Shown here: positions 1 through 12,081 of the stretch, in pieces
Layout: each line of letters starts with the position of its first letter
How positions within the stretch are numbered: position 1 is the stretch's first letter
From: Gekko japonicus
Lineage: Eukaryota
Direction: 5' to 3'
DNA: 64,000 bases
Assembly: GCF_001447785.1 (NCBI RefSeq)
Contig: NW_015163095.1
Coordinates: 1,290,281 to 1,354,280, forward strand
Notes under the pieces: model-generated
Told to the model about the DNA's origin: nothing
The model's input: the letters and a program-made list of their open reading frames with translations, nothing else
Databases searched by the model: none
Translations under genes and position numbers: made by a program

Positions 1-145
1 GGGTAGTGAAGGGCGGGGTATAAATCCAATCTCTTCTTCTTTATCTGCTGTGCTACCTTTAAAGAAGTCTTGCTTTTTGCTGATAGTTGACCAATATGGC
101 TGCACCAGTTGGCTGCAATAGATACCATGGGAAAGATTCACTCAC

Positions 146-3100
146 CTGGCTCTTGTGGATGGAAATGGCCCAGGCAAGTTTTAGGGGCAACTGTTGGCGA
201 GTCAGGTGTGTCCCCGCTGGTCCCTTTAAGACCCATCGTTCCAACCCAACAACAGTAGTGATGCCACACAGAAACCTCACTTTAGGCAGCCCTGTAGGAA
301 GAATGCAAGCCAGATCCTGAGGCATTCTTTCTTATGCCTAGCCTTGGGAACAAGCATTATGTGTTTCAAGTTGCTTCATAGTAGCTTCCATTTCACCTAC
401 AGCAGTCTGCATCAACCACACCTAATGAATATATCAAGTTTAAATACAGTTAAGATGAGGCAGGAAAGACTAAAAGCTAGGGAACAAAGGAGAGCAGTTA
501 TATTTCAAAAAGTTGTTGCAGAGAACAGAGGTACCAATGGATTACAATGCTCCCTTTTTTCAGACTAAAGCCCCTCAAGTATGCCTTTTAGAAACTAACC
601 TTTTCCTTCAGTTTCAAAACCAATCACAACTCCACGAGCCCCATTCACCAAACCCCGGGATACATCCAGATTCTTGGTAAGCATCACCTAATGGAAGAAG
701 ACACAAGAACCACTACAAGACCTTCTCTGTTATAGAACATTCACAGAAAGCCTCACCTACCCTCAAACCCTGTGGGAAAGCTTGATTTCAGGTGTTGTTC
801 ATTGCTATTTTTTTTTAAAAAAATACATGGCTTCCTCCAGTATTTGACAATGTTGGAATGCCAGAGTTTACAGATTTGCAGAAATGATGCAGAGCCCACA
901 TACTATGTGGCCTAGAAGGAGCAGGCCCATGAGTTTCCCATATTTGCTCAGCTGACACACAGTTGTTCTAATGAGGTTTGCCTGTCTCGTTTACAATTCT
1001 TGCCTCCAGGAGGCTTTATCACTTGTAACCATACATGTAGTTACTAGACAGACATCAGTCTTAATGGGACAAAAGTGACTGAAATCACTTAGCAGGTAAA
1101 GTAATGAACATATACAAATAATTCTCAGATCCACTCAAGTTTCTAACATTAATAATCCACATTTACAGTCAGTGGTTATCTGTAAATGCAGCCATGACTC
1201 TCCAACTAGCCATACGACCAATCCTGGCCATAGAAAACTGTTCAAGTCCTTTTGCAACTACTATGCTTGTTCATTGAATCAACAGAGGCAATTTTTTATC
1301 CATAATCTCTGATGAGGTCATATTGGACACCAGGGGAACCCCAATATGTCTGGGGATTACAACTCCCTTTTGTATGATCCCATGAAAACAAAGCCAACCC
1401 AGTGATGTTAGTGAAGAAAGTAATGGAAATAAGAACCTACTCAGGCTGAGGTCAAATCCCATTGCCAGCCCATGAACGGCTTCTAAACCTAGGCAACAGC
1501 ACATCCCATTTTTTTTCTTACCTGGGCACCTAGTTTAAGTTCAATGATGCTGCTTACAGGACACTGTGCATCTAAAGTTTTCACCAACACAGGGTCACTA
1601 TCCACAGCCTTGAAGGACCTTGGTTCTCCTACAAAGGACAGACCACATGAAAGAACTTGTAATCTCTTCACTCCTTAATGTCTTTATGAAGAGCTACTCC
1701 CCACATTTGTTTCCCTATAAGGTAAGCTACCTATACAGGGTCCCAGTTATAGGCATTTCTATAGCCCTGAATACTGAAGCCCCAGGCATTACACATGACT
1801 CTAAATGTCACTCCCAAAACATTATCCACAAAATCCCAGATCCCACCACCCAAAACTAATCCTTCCCTCTTTTGTCTCTGCTCGGACTAAGCAAACCTTT
1901 CATTCTTCTATCAAATTCAAGCAGAAGAATCTCAGGACAGGGAAGCTTTACTGCTGGTCTGATCCTGTGATGTTCTCTTACACTTCTGTAGTAATTCTTT
2001 CTGAACAAAACAGCAAAATCCCTAGTGTTAGCCCCTGCCATCTACAGATCTTGCCTGAACTGGAAGTCTCTCCATCCCTTACAGTGGTCTGTACAGCCTT
2101 TCCCTTCAGCATTCTCACCAGATAGCTCCCTCAGTTGTTTCGCATTTGTTAGTTCCACATCATCCTTGTGGGTGCACAACTGAGTGGCAAGGATTCCATC
2201 TCTTTCTACCCTGTGGGCTGCTGTTGCAGTCAGCTGTTTGGTGACCTCCTCTGTGCATCTGACAAGGATTGATGAGAACATTTACAAACAAGACAACAGA
2301 AACCTAGAGTATTGGTTGAAAAACACCAAAAATCATTACCCTAACCCAATAACCTATCTAGATGCAAACATAGAGAGGCTCAACGTAACTCCTTGCTGGC
2401 CACATCCACCTTGAATTTTTTTCTTCTGTGAAAACACTGAAATTATAACCTCATCAAAATAGGAAGCTTAACTCTGTGTAATATGCACATGTGCATATAT
2501 ACACACACATAGATCTTTCGCACCAACTTCTTTCTTCAGTAACCTTGGGACATTAAAAAAGCTGATTACTGGATAGCCTGGAAACATTATCATAGTTACT
2601 GAGTATATTATGGGCAGAGCTGACATCACACCTGCCCTGGCGGACTGCATCCAGAAGAGAAATGAAGTCCCTGTCAGTCTGTCTCTGCACTTTGGTCAGT
2701 TCCATGCTCAAGTGGATACACTTCTGCCAGCTTTTTGCCTGTGAAAGAGCAATTTTGGGTGAAGTTAATAGGCCAGTGGCGGGATAGGCAGTGAACAACA
2801 TCAGCAGCAACATACCTGGAAGCAAAACTTGGATTGCTCAGTGCTTTTGCTGACTGGGGGTAGTTGCAGGAAGTCTCCACAGATGATGAGTTGGATTCCT
2901 CCAAATGGATCCTCACATTTCCTGACAGTTCTACCAACACAGCACAGAAAAATAACCACCTTCAGTGAGCAGCTATCACTCAGGAGACAACAGAATGCAA
3001 AGCCCCTGAAACTAGCTAAACTCATGCCACGGCAACCAAACAATCCTACCACACAGAGGTCATTTCGGGGGGAATCGCGGGGGATCGCAGTTCCCCCGGG

Positions 3101-6100
3101 TGAGGTACGGGGGCCGGGCATATGACAAAGCCCTGCCCCCTGCTTCCGGCCACCCCGCTTCCGGCCCTCATTCAGCCAGGAGGAGGCAGGAGAAGAGGGA
3201 GGGTAAGTTGCTTCCTCCCTGCCTCTCCCCAACCCTGCCTGCCTAGGGCAAGGGAGGGCCTTTGCGGGGCTTCCTTGCACTCCCGCCGGCCTTGCAGGTC
3301 CACCGCCGGGCCCCTCATGGGGCTCGGCAGTGGAGCTGCAAGGCTGGCGGCGGCGGCCGGGACCATTGGGGGCAGGGTGTGTGGCCTTATGACACACTTC
3401 TGGTGATGGCAGGGTGTGTGGCCTTATGACACACTTCCGGTGATGTCAGGGGGTGTGGCATATGCTAATGAGATCCCCTAGCTCTTTTTCTACGAAACGA
3501 CCCCTGCTACCACATGTTTGAAACCAATGTTCCTAGGAGACTTTGTCTCAGCAGAAGCTCAGCCAGTGACATTACTTGCATGGTACAATACAGATTCTAC
3601 CATAGTTCTCAGATTCTCTAGAGCCTAAGACAAAGCTCTCTGCTAAAACCTACAAATAATTTTAGAAGATTTTATGAGTAGGTAAAAGCAGAGGAGAATA
3701 TCTGCAACTTTGTAATATATCACATTACAGTGGATATAGGGAGCTAGCACAGCACTATGGTTAAGACCACAAGGTGAATTTTCGGTTCATCCATGAGCAG
3801 ACTGGATGACTACATTCAATCATGACCATTGCCACCACCAGCTTACCCTGTAATGTGGAAGAACAGTGGCATTCCTTATAAAGTGATGGTTAGGATTCCT
3901 GAGAATGTGTTACGCACTTTGCGCGAACGGCTAACACATTCTCAGCAACCCTAACCATGACTTTATAAGGCAGGCCACCGTACTTCCATACTACAGGGTA
4001 GGCTGGTTGTTGTAATGGAGCTTTTCTTTGCTTCAAGACCATGTAATGACAATCTTTCCACCTTGTTCAATCCACACATCACATTTGTCTTGCAATGCCT
4101 ACACATGTGATGTATTACCAAGAAATAGAATGCACCAGAGAGAGGCAAAAGAGCTTGCAATGTAGTTCAGCAACCATCAGTGGAAAAATAAGAGTTTCAG
4201 GGGGGTGGCATATGGGCAGAATCCTGAGCACTAGGCTAAGGAGTGGAACCAGTTGCCTGGAGAACAAACATGGCAAATATTGTCCAGTAGCCACAGTCCT
4301 CTTAGAGCCATGGTAGTACCTTACACTAGATGTGGAACTGAAGAGAACATGTGAACAGAGGTACAATTGCAGAGCTGCTTGCTACAGACTTTGGCCCATA
4401 GCATCTCCCCTGAAAAAAAACAGTTATCTCTACACTCTACCCCTTTATCCCCAAGGACTCGAACACAGGTTTTATCAAGGCAGAATTGGGTACAGCTGCA
4501 ACCTGCCTTGCTAATACCATCAAGCCCCACCCCCACACAACAACAGCAAGTACAGGAGCATTCCCTGTAAGTACACACCTGGCCACTGCCTCCAGTTTAT
4601 CAAAGAATTCACCATCTACCATTGAGATCTCATCAATGATCAGATGTTGGCAATTCAGCCACTGCAGCCGCACCCCTGACCTCTGAGCCAGCTCAATGCA
4701 CTGATGTAGGGGAGCTTTTCCAGAACCAATACCTGCAAAGATTTGGGGGAGAAAGAGAGCATGGTGTATTCTATTATCAGGCTCTTTCTACCCTGCTTCA
4801 TTCCCAAGGTCTTGGTTACCTGCAAAGGCATGGAGCGTGGTGCCACCAATATGACATGCTGCCACTCCTGTGCTGGCTGTGGCATAAGTGCTGTTTGGAG
4901 GCAGCGAGGCCACAATCTTTTTCAGCAAGTAGGATTTCCCAGTCCCTTTGGAAATAACAGACACATACAGTCCATGTCAGTTCAATCTGCCTTTCAATTC
5001 CATTCTCACGTTCTCTCTGCCCATCTGCAACTTTCCATTGCATGAGAACCATGTACAAGGCAAATGGTAGATACAAATATTGCCTGACTGGAGAAAGTAT
5101 CATTCAGTAAGTACTGAGGTCAGGAGCATCTCTTCCCACCTGCATCTCAGAAGCAGAACAGAAACATCAGATTTCAGGAGGGGCATTATGCATCCTGGAA
5201 CTGCATGAACTACAGTGATGGGAAATCTTGAATTAGAACCCCCAGGATTGTGCAGCCCTAGAAGATATTTGGGATGCACAATATGGCAGATGAAGCAGCT
5301 GCATCCCCTGCCAAATGAAGCATCTCTCCCCCATACCCTCTCTTGTCTCACCAGCACTGCCTGTGAAGAAGACGTTCTTTCTGCTCAGCACTGCATTCAG
5401 CACTAGTGACTGTTCCTGTGTGAGTGTTGCTTTGGAGTGCATCAACCAAAGTAGCTTCTTTGTTGGTTGTATTTCAGTCACCTGGAGAGAAGTCCCACAC
5501 TCTGAAACAAAGCCCACTCTCTAAGACAAAGCTTGCATTCAAAAGTCAACAAATCTGAAGTGTTTATCACAATTCTACCCCAACACTACCCTCTCTCTTA
5601 CATATAACCACCAAAGAGGAGAAAAAATGCCATGTGAACAGGAATCTGCTAGTTCATTCAAGGAAAAAGAATTATGGTTTGCAAGTATGATGTTAGCCAA
5701 GACTGTGAAACTCCCCTTTTCAAGTTGCACATCATGCAAGCAGCTGTTTTCGCCATTCAACCCCTACATCTGCAGTATGGAGGTACTACTTCTGGTCTAC
5801 CTTATACATCTATTATAAGGATTACAGAGAATGTAGGTGAAGGGCTTTGAAGATTTGAAAAATTACATGGTTGTTTATTATCACTCTCTCTATATATATT
5901 TGAAAGTAGGACACCTGTGAGCAAACACTGCAGTCCACGGGTTGCAGTGTACTTACTCTTGCAAGAAAATATGAGGGAGGGATCAAATGACACCAACTCC
6001 CAGTCTATATTTAACTAGGCTGGCACATCTCCTGCTTCAGAGGGTGGCATGCAGGTGCTAGTTCTTAGCAGTAACAGAGGGAGCTCCACAAATCTATCGA

Positions 6101-7381
6101 CTCATTACCCAACACAGGCATAAAGGGTAGCCAAGTTCACCCCCATGCCCTTATCTTCTAATACAGTTGGATTTTCTCCACACTTGCTTTCATTATTATT
6201 TAAATGAACAAAGAACTAAAGGAGAACCATTGGATCACTTTTCCTGTCACACAGAGCTTACTAGGCAGAGCTTACTTTAAACTGTTTTCAGTGCCACAAC
6301 CCAGATTTGAAACATGCAATGTAATGGGTTTAAATATATTTAAATAAATGAGGGCAGCTTTATAATAGAATAGGATGGTAGTCCACTACAATGACTACTG
6401 TAAGGATCGCCTGCTCTAACTGCATTGTTTTATCTTGTAATTCCATTTTCTGTATTGCTTATCTTTATCTTTATTTTCTGTATTGCTTACTTTGTCTTTA
6501 GATGGTTTATTGTTTACTAATTCTATAATCTTAATCCTTGGTACTGATCGTTGGTTGTTTTATGCTGTCTCATTGCACTGTTTTAGCAGTAATCTGTCTT
6601 GAGTCTCCCTGCAATAGATAAAGTAAACAAATAAAGGAGATATGCCTGTATAACCACATGCAAAGTGCATTTCTATCTCCGTTGTCTAATCAGTACCTAG
6701 AGCTATCATGTTGGAGCATGCAGCTTCCAAGCAAGCGTAAACCCAGCCAAAGCTTCTCCTTGTGAAATGCTATTTAAGGAGTACTTGAGTGTCTACATGT
6801 TCAAGCCGAAGTCTCACCTGGTTGCCACCCACCGATTCGACCCGGACACGTTTTTGGGGTCCACAGCGGAGGGTCTGGCCTCTCGTGGGGGTAGCTGTGA
6901 CATCAGCTAGGGCTTGACTGACGTTCCCCTGTTGCAAGTCGCGGGCCTGCACAGGACTGACAGTGTCGAAGGTGCGTGGCAGCCCAGAGAGAAGCCTCGT
7001 CCGTTCGGTCACGGGCCTGATTCCCTCTTGTGTTGCTTTGAACTTGATGCGCAACGTCTGAATGAAGCGACGCAACTGGTCGGGAGGACAGTTAGAAAAC
7101 AGCAGCTGTACGTGCTTGGTGCCTGAACCCAAACGCACCGAGCTCTTCCCATCCTTCATGAAACGTGTGAACAGTCGTACTCCATCCCGACGTAGTGGGA
7201 AGTTGCGGGGAATCTCCGAGCCGCTGCAATTTGTCACTTGCAACACTAGCTGTCGGAACTCATCACGACCCAAGGTAACCCAGGCGTCCCGGAGCAGCAC
7301 TCGACCCGGGATGGCTGCACCCAACTGTTCTATTGCCACAGTGCAGCGAACACGCCCGTCCGACTGGAAGCTTGGTTGCAT
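146..7381 (-). CDS. PIF1: PIF1 5'-3' DNA helicase, multi-exon, 3'-partial (last exons lie left of the window)
   Basis: Coding exons: 7381-6818, 5481-5352, 4945-4820, 4732-4579, 2930-2816, 2738-2632, 2258-2119, 1628-1522, 687-600, 291-146. All are GT-AG with consistent phase. Motifs: N-terminal PINT-like domain, Walker A FFTGSAG|[25 protein letters not shown], Walker [68 protein letters not shown]. Confidence 0.96.
3054..3506. mobile_element. Non-autonomous hAT DNA transposon (MITE), copy 1
   Basis: Imperfect TIRs CAGAGGTCATTTCG / CGAAACGACCCCTG; perfect 8-bp TSD CTACCACA (3046-3053, 3507-3514); homologous inverted copy at 23325-23657. Confidence 0.88.
3826..4018. repeat. Long imperfect palindrome (~87-bp arms, ~19-nt loop) in a PIF1 intron
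   Basis: Left arm CCATTGCCACCACCAGCTTACCCTG...GAGAATGTGTTA is the reverse complement of right arm TAACACATTCTC...CAGGGTAGGCTGGTTGTTGTAATGG, with scattered mismatches. Confidence 0.9.
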
Positions 7382-7559
7382 TCTGTCCCTAAACTGCAGA
7401 GAAATTGAAGACCAACACCGGCTAAGATCGATGACTTGTGTAGAACGGACAAGGACCAGTCTGAAATCGCCCTTTAAAAGATACCGGCTTTTTAATGCCC
7501 ACCAACTTCTGCAGCGACTATAGTTGCGTTTGCTTTCTGCAGGCATAGATCTTCTTTCA

Positions 7560-7786
7560 GCCTGGCTAGTGCAGCGTTTGCTGCACGCGGATTCAAATCT
7601 GAAGCCCAGAGCACATCAGCCAATCAGCGCTGTGGGATCTTTAATTTCTCGGCCAATGGGAGAGGAAGAGGCGAAGCGCGACTTCCTGGCTGAAGAAAGT
7701 CATATCCTATTCAGTTGCTAGGAAACCGGGGGGGGGGAGTAACTTTGAGGGGTATCTGTCTGTGACCGAGAAACAATATCCAGGAC
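7560..7786. promoter_or_regulatory. Bidirectional promoter PIF1 / FAM183A
   Basis: CpG-rich 405-bp gap between divergent start codons. CHR TTTGAA on the PIF1 strand (7592-7597); CCAAT boxes at 7620-7624 and 7653-7657 (33 bp apart); ETS core ACTTCC (7681); RFX X-box GTTGCTAGGAAAC (7714-7726). Confidence 0.75.
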
Positions 7787-10700
7787 ATGGCGGGGGCCCC
7801 GAGGGCCACCAAAGAGCCACTAGACCCCGTAAGTCAGAACAAGATCTTCTGTGAAACGGTCCAGAAAGAACTGCGATGCCAGCGTCTGCATACGGAGTAC
7901 GGGGTGAATCCTCTCCTAAAGGGTACGGGAATGACGAGCGGCACTGAGCTAAGCAAGCGGCGCGGGGCAGGGGAGAGAAGAGGCGATTTCCCCACCAATA
8001 GGGCTGGCTGTCCCCAGTGCAGCAGAACACAAAGAAAGCTTATCAAGTTGATTTTGGAGGTCAGAACTACCGGCTTCAGCACTATATTAAGAGAGGAATC
8101 ATACAATCATAGAGTTGGAAGGGTCCTCCAGGGTCATCTATTCCAACCCCCTGCCCAATGCAGGAAATTCACAAATACCTCCCCCACCCCACCCCCAGTG
8201 ACCACTGTTCCAGGCCCAGAAGATGACAAAAGAAAACCTCCAGGATCTCCAGGCAAACTGGCCTGGAGAAAAATTGCTTCTTGACCCCAAAGTGACAATC
8301 AGCATTTCCCTGGGTGTGTTAAGAAAAGGTCACAAGAACTAAGCCCTGATGCAACCCTTCCTGCCCTCCCTCTCATGATCTGCCTAAGAAGCAAGAGGTA
8401 AAGTCTCGGGGCTCCCTGTTTACTGTTGCAGGATCTTTCTCCTTAACACTTTGCTTCTACAGATGCATGGGTGCGTGTGAGACAGAGAGTGAGATGCTTC
8501 ATGACCCAGCAGAAATCAAGGTTGTAATTGTTCAAGAGAGTGCATAGCCTGGTGTCTAATAAGATCAGGTGCCGGAGAGTCCTAATAGGCCATAGCATAG
8601 CAGTGGCTATTAAACAAAACAGCATAACATAATCCCTTAAAATCCAGACCCGAGGGAGAGCTTGGCCGCGTTTGCCTGGCAGTAGAAATTACAAGACAGT
8701 CCTCCTTCCAAGGTAAGGTCCATAATAGAGACACCCACACCTAACTTCATCAGACAAAAGGCCTGTAATGATTTTCTCCGAGGCAGAAGCATCTCTCTAA
8801 AAAGGTGGGCAGGCTCTCGAGTATCTACAGTAGGTATATGGCAAAAGTGTACATCAGGTAACCAGAATACTTTGTTTCATCTCTGCTACTTGAGCTCATC
8901 TAAAGGTATTTTAAATGTTTTAAAGGGATCACAATTTCTGAAAGATGGAAATTAATCACTTTCTAGTTTCCTTAACCCTGTTATTTGCCCCAGCACCTGC
9001 ATGAGACCTGTTTAGTTGGGGACGTCCCTGACCAGAGGCCAGCTATATTCAGACAGCCTTTCTTAGGACTGTCCATACAGCAACAGTTAATTCATAGCCT
9101 TTTTCTATGGTAGGTGCAGTCCACTGGAATGACTTGGCAGAGTGGGGGTAGAGGGTGCCTTCACACCCACTGCATTCAGGAAGGTGTGAAAGAGTTTTAT
9201 TTCAGAGGGCATTTGATGTACAGTTTGGTAGATCTGGCTGCATTTTTAACCTGTATCTTGTCAATGGACTGTTGGTTTTTTGCGTCCTTGCAATTGTTTG
9301 CTGCTTGTTAAGAGATAAGGCAGGATATACAACTTTAAATAAATTAATATGCATTCTTTTCCACCTTCAGTTCACACCATAACCAGAAAGCCAATGTCCT
9401 GGCATGATAACTTGGAGGAGCCCGCTGACGGTAATGAACCCTTCATTGTCAGGATTTTAAGTCATGAATAGTTTACTCTTGCTTTGCCATTAAGAGATAG
9501 AGAAATTAAACGTCAAAAGCAGTAATACTGCAGTCTACATTTCTGGCACTTCAGCACACGTGAAAAGGAATAAGCACAAGTAAAATGTTTAAATCATCGA
9601 ACAAACAGCTATCACAAAATTTGGGGCAAGGTCCCATTTAAGTTATGCATACTAAAGTGCTATTTCAGTTAAATGAATTGAAACAGTTAATAGTGCACAG
9701 AAGTGGGGGGACCCACAAAGAATTGTGGAGTTCATCTCATTTAACCCTCCCCCACTGTTTCTTCCTTGCCTTCCTGGCAGCCCCCATAGCCTCTTCCTTT
9801 TTCCTGCTTCCTTCTCTCCTTCCCACTCACTAGCCAACCTACGTTTATCTGTCCCCCCCCCCTTTGTAAGCTTTCCCTCTCCTTTGCAGCCTCTGCCTGG
9901 GAAAACTATGACCTAGTTGTACAGTGGCAGCAGCCAGGCACTGTTCCGTTGTAAGGAACCCACAAGAATGTCGACAGGGCACTTTACTTTCCTCTGTATC
10001 CCCCTTCCCACACGATTTGCTCTTTGCCTCTTCCTGGCAACCTGCAATCTTACCTTTTCCTGCTTCTTTACTTCCTACCAACCTACCTTTTATTTTCTCT
10101 CCATCTTTGGCAATATTGGTATTTATTTACTTAATTTATACCCTGCCTTTCTCCACACTGGAGCCCCAAAGCAATAAATCATTCTCCTCTCTTCCATCTT
10201 ATCCTTACAGCAACCCTGCGAGACAGGTTAGGCTGAGTGTGTTTGACTGGCCCATCATCCAGTGAGGTTGCCCAGCAAAATGCAGATTCAAACCTGGGTC
10301 TCTCAGATCCTATTTTGAAACTCTAACCACTACTGGTTTTCATGGGGTGGCTGTAGCAAGCAACTGGGCCTGGGTGAGTTAGGGAAATCACATGGTAGCA
10401 AGATGCCCAGTAGATTGCTGCTAGGCCTAGCCTCAACGAGCTCTTATCAAAGGCCAAAACAGCCCCGGAAAGAGCCCTTCCCCCAGCCTTTTACTGACAG
10501 AAACCAAGGTTTGAAGGCTGGCAACGGCCACTGAGGGCATTAATTTCTTAATGCTACAGGTGCCTATTCTGTTAATGTTGGAGGTTTTTAATGCCTCATG
10601 GTTTGGTTTGGTGTTTTTTTTTAAGATTTCAGAGTTTTCTGCAAACAGGAGGTCTTTTTCAGGTCTTGTCTACCCATGGCTCCAATGTATGGCTTTAAGT

Positions 10701-11268
10701 ATCCACCTATTTGGCCACATTGAGAATTAGATATATTGCTTACTTTTTAAGGGTTTCATTGTAACTCAAAGGCTCATAACTTTTGATGCATTGCATTCAA
10801 GTAATCCCCATTTAATACCAGTTCTTTAACCCTGCAGCTAAGTTCCTGAAACTCATTCATCATGCTGCACTTGAACCAACCAAGAAATATAAAGAACCAC
10901 AGACGGAAAGCCAGGAAATTGGCTGGTTCTCCACACCTTTGGTGAGTGGATTTAAGTGAAACTAAGAGTTACCAGAGCTGGGGGAAGGGGGACAAGATCA
11001 AGCCATTTCTTGTTACTGTAGTGTCACAGAGTCTTGAAATACTGTAGGATTATCAGAAGTCAGAAATTCCAGCCAGACATGGATTAGCAGTCATTCAGTT
11101 CATTACTCCTTCTGCCAAGTGTTCTTTATAGTATGATCAAGTTCTCTTTTGCAGATCAATACTGACCGGAGTGACAGGAGACTGAACTTCCCAAGTCAGA
11201 GCACTGAAATCACCAAATATATGGCTGCCATGTGGCGGCTGAAGGAGATGGTGAAGGATAAAAGATAA
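7787..11268 (+). CDS. FAM183A: FAM183A / CFAP144 cilia- and flagella-associated protein, 137 aa
   Basis: Exons 7787-7922, 9371-9430, 10838-10941, 11155-11268 (414 nt, TAA stop). Motifs [52 protein letters not shown]. Adjacent to EBNA1BP2-CFAP57 as in mammals. Confidence 0.92.
8096..8390 (-). mobile_element. CR1 LINE 3' fragment
   Basis: GAATCATACAATCATAGAGTTGGAAGGGTCCTCCAGGGTCATCTATTCCAACCCC is the reverse complement of the CR1 3' hairpin and short-repeat tail; boundaries approximate. Confidence 0.7.
10118..10335 (-). mobile_element. tRNA-derived SINE with L2-type tail; related degraded copies near 30930-31110, 47680-47880 and 62800-62900
   Basis: Shared blocks TTTATACCCTGCCTTTCTCC, ACAACCCTGTGAGGTAGGTTAGGCTGAG and a tRNA-box-like GATTCAAACCTGGGTCTC...CTCTAACCACTAC recur across copies. 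Confidence 0.6.
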
Positions 11269-11394
11269 AATGGACATAACACCACCAGAGTTTGACAGAC
11301 CCCAACCACTAGTTTAGGGTTTCTGATCTGGACCCTCTCAATCATTTCTCATTATAGGCAAGGAAGATTTCTGCTTAAACACTTCCGTGCTTGC

Positions 11395-11400
11395 AATAAA
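11395..11400 (+). terminator. Polyadenylation signal of FAM183A
   Basis: AATAAA about 126 nt after the stop codon. Confidence 0.6.
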
Positions 11401-12081
11401 CCTGTCTCAGAACGTTGCCTGCCACAGTTCCTTCTGACTTCCTATACTTATTTTGCACAGAAATCAGTTTTTACAAAATGGAAGATCTATTCCACATTGA
11501 GAAACTGTTGTACAAATAGAGGGAGTTAACATGGCAATTGATTGGTAGTTGACTATATTCAACCCCTAAATGGAGATGACCGCACTGAATCCCTAAAAGA
11601 GCCCAGTGGCGTGGGAATAGGAGGACAAAGGTTATTATTTCAACAGCACAAAAGTACAGTCCAGACACAATAACAACAGCAACAGTATGTGCCAGATGGT
11701 GCTATCTACTAAGTCCTGTGTGCCTGTCCAGCCAGTGCCCGGATCAGAATCCCCTGCTGCTCCACGAAATCCTCCATTACAGGATATCACATCCCCAGCT
11801 GAACATGCTGTGGTTATGTATGAATGGCCCAGGAAACTTAAGGGATCAATGATCTCCCAGTATAAACATATGCAGAAAGCAGACAGACTTTCAAAACTGT
11901 TTAATTCCTAAGCCTCACAGAAGAAAAAAACAGTGTGGAAGAGAGGCAGCAGGGAGCGACTGGTGGTTGTTCATGAACAAACATGGGACACTCAGCATCA
12001 GACAGTAGCGCCTCCCATTTCCATAGCTAGTTCCTGAAGAATGCCAAACTTTACAAAGAAAAAAAAAGTCCATTTCATTCT

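Noticed and set aside
2801-3406. Long GC-rich ORFs with similar peptides at 23376-23714
   Set aside because: They come from the two hAT MITE copies; only 2816-2930 is a real PIF1 exon.
8424-9085. Possible solo LTR in FAM183A intron 1 (TGTTGC...GCAACA)
   Set aside because: Flanks GTTTAC and GTTAAT give no convincing TSD, and there is no second copy in the window.
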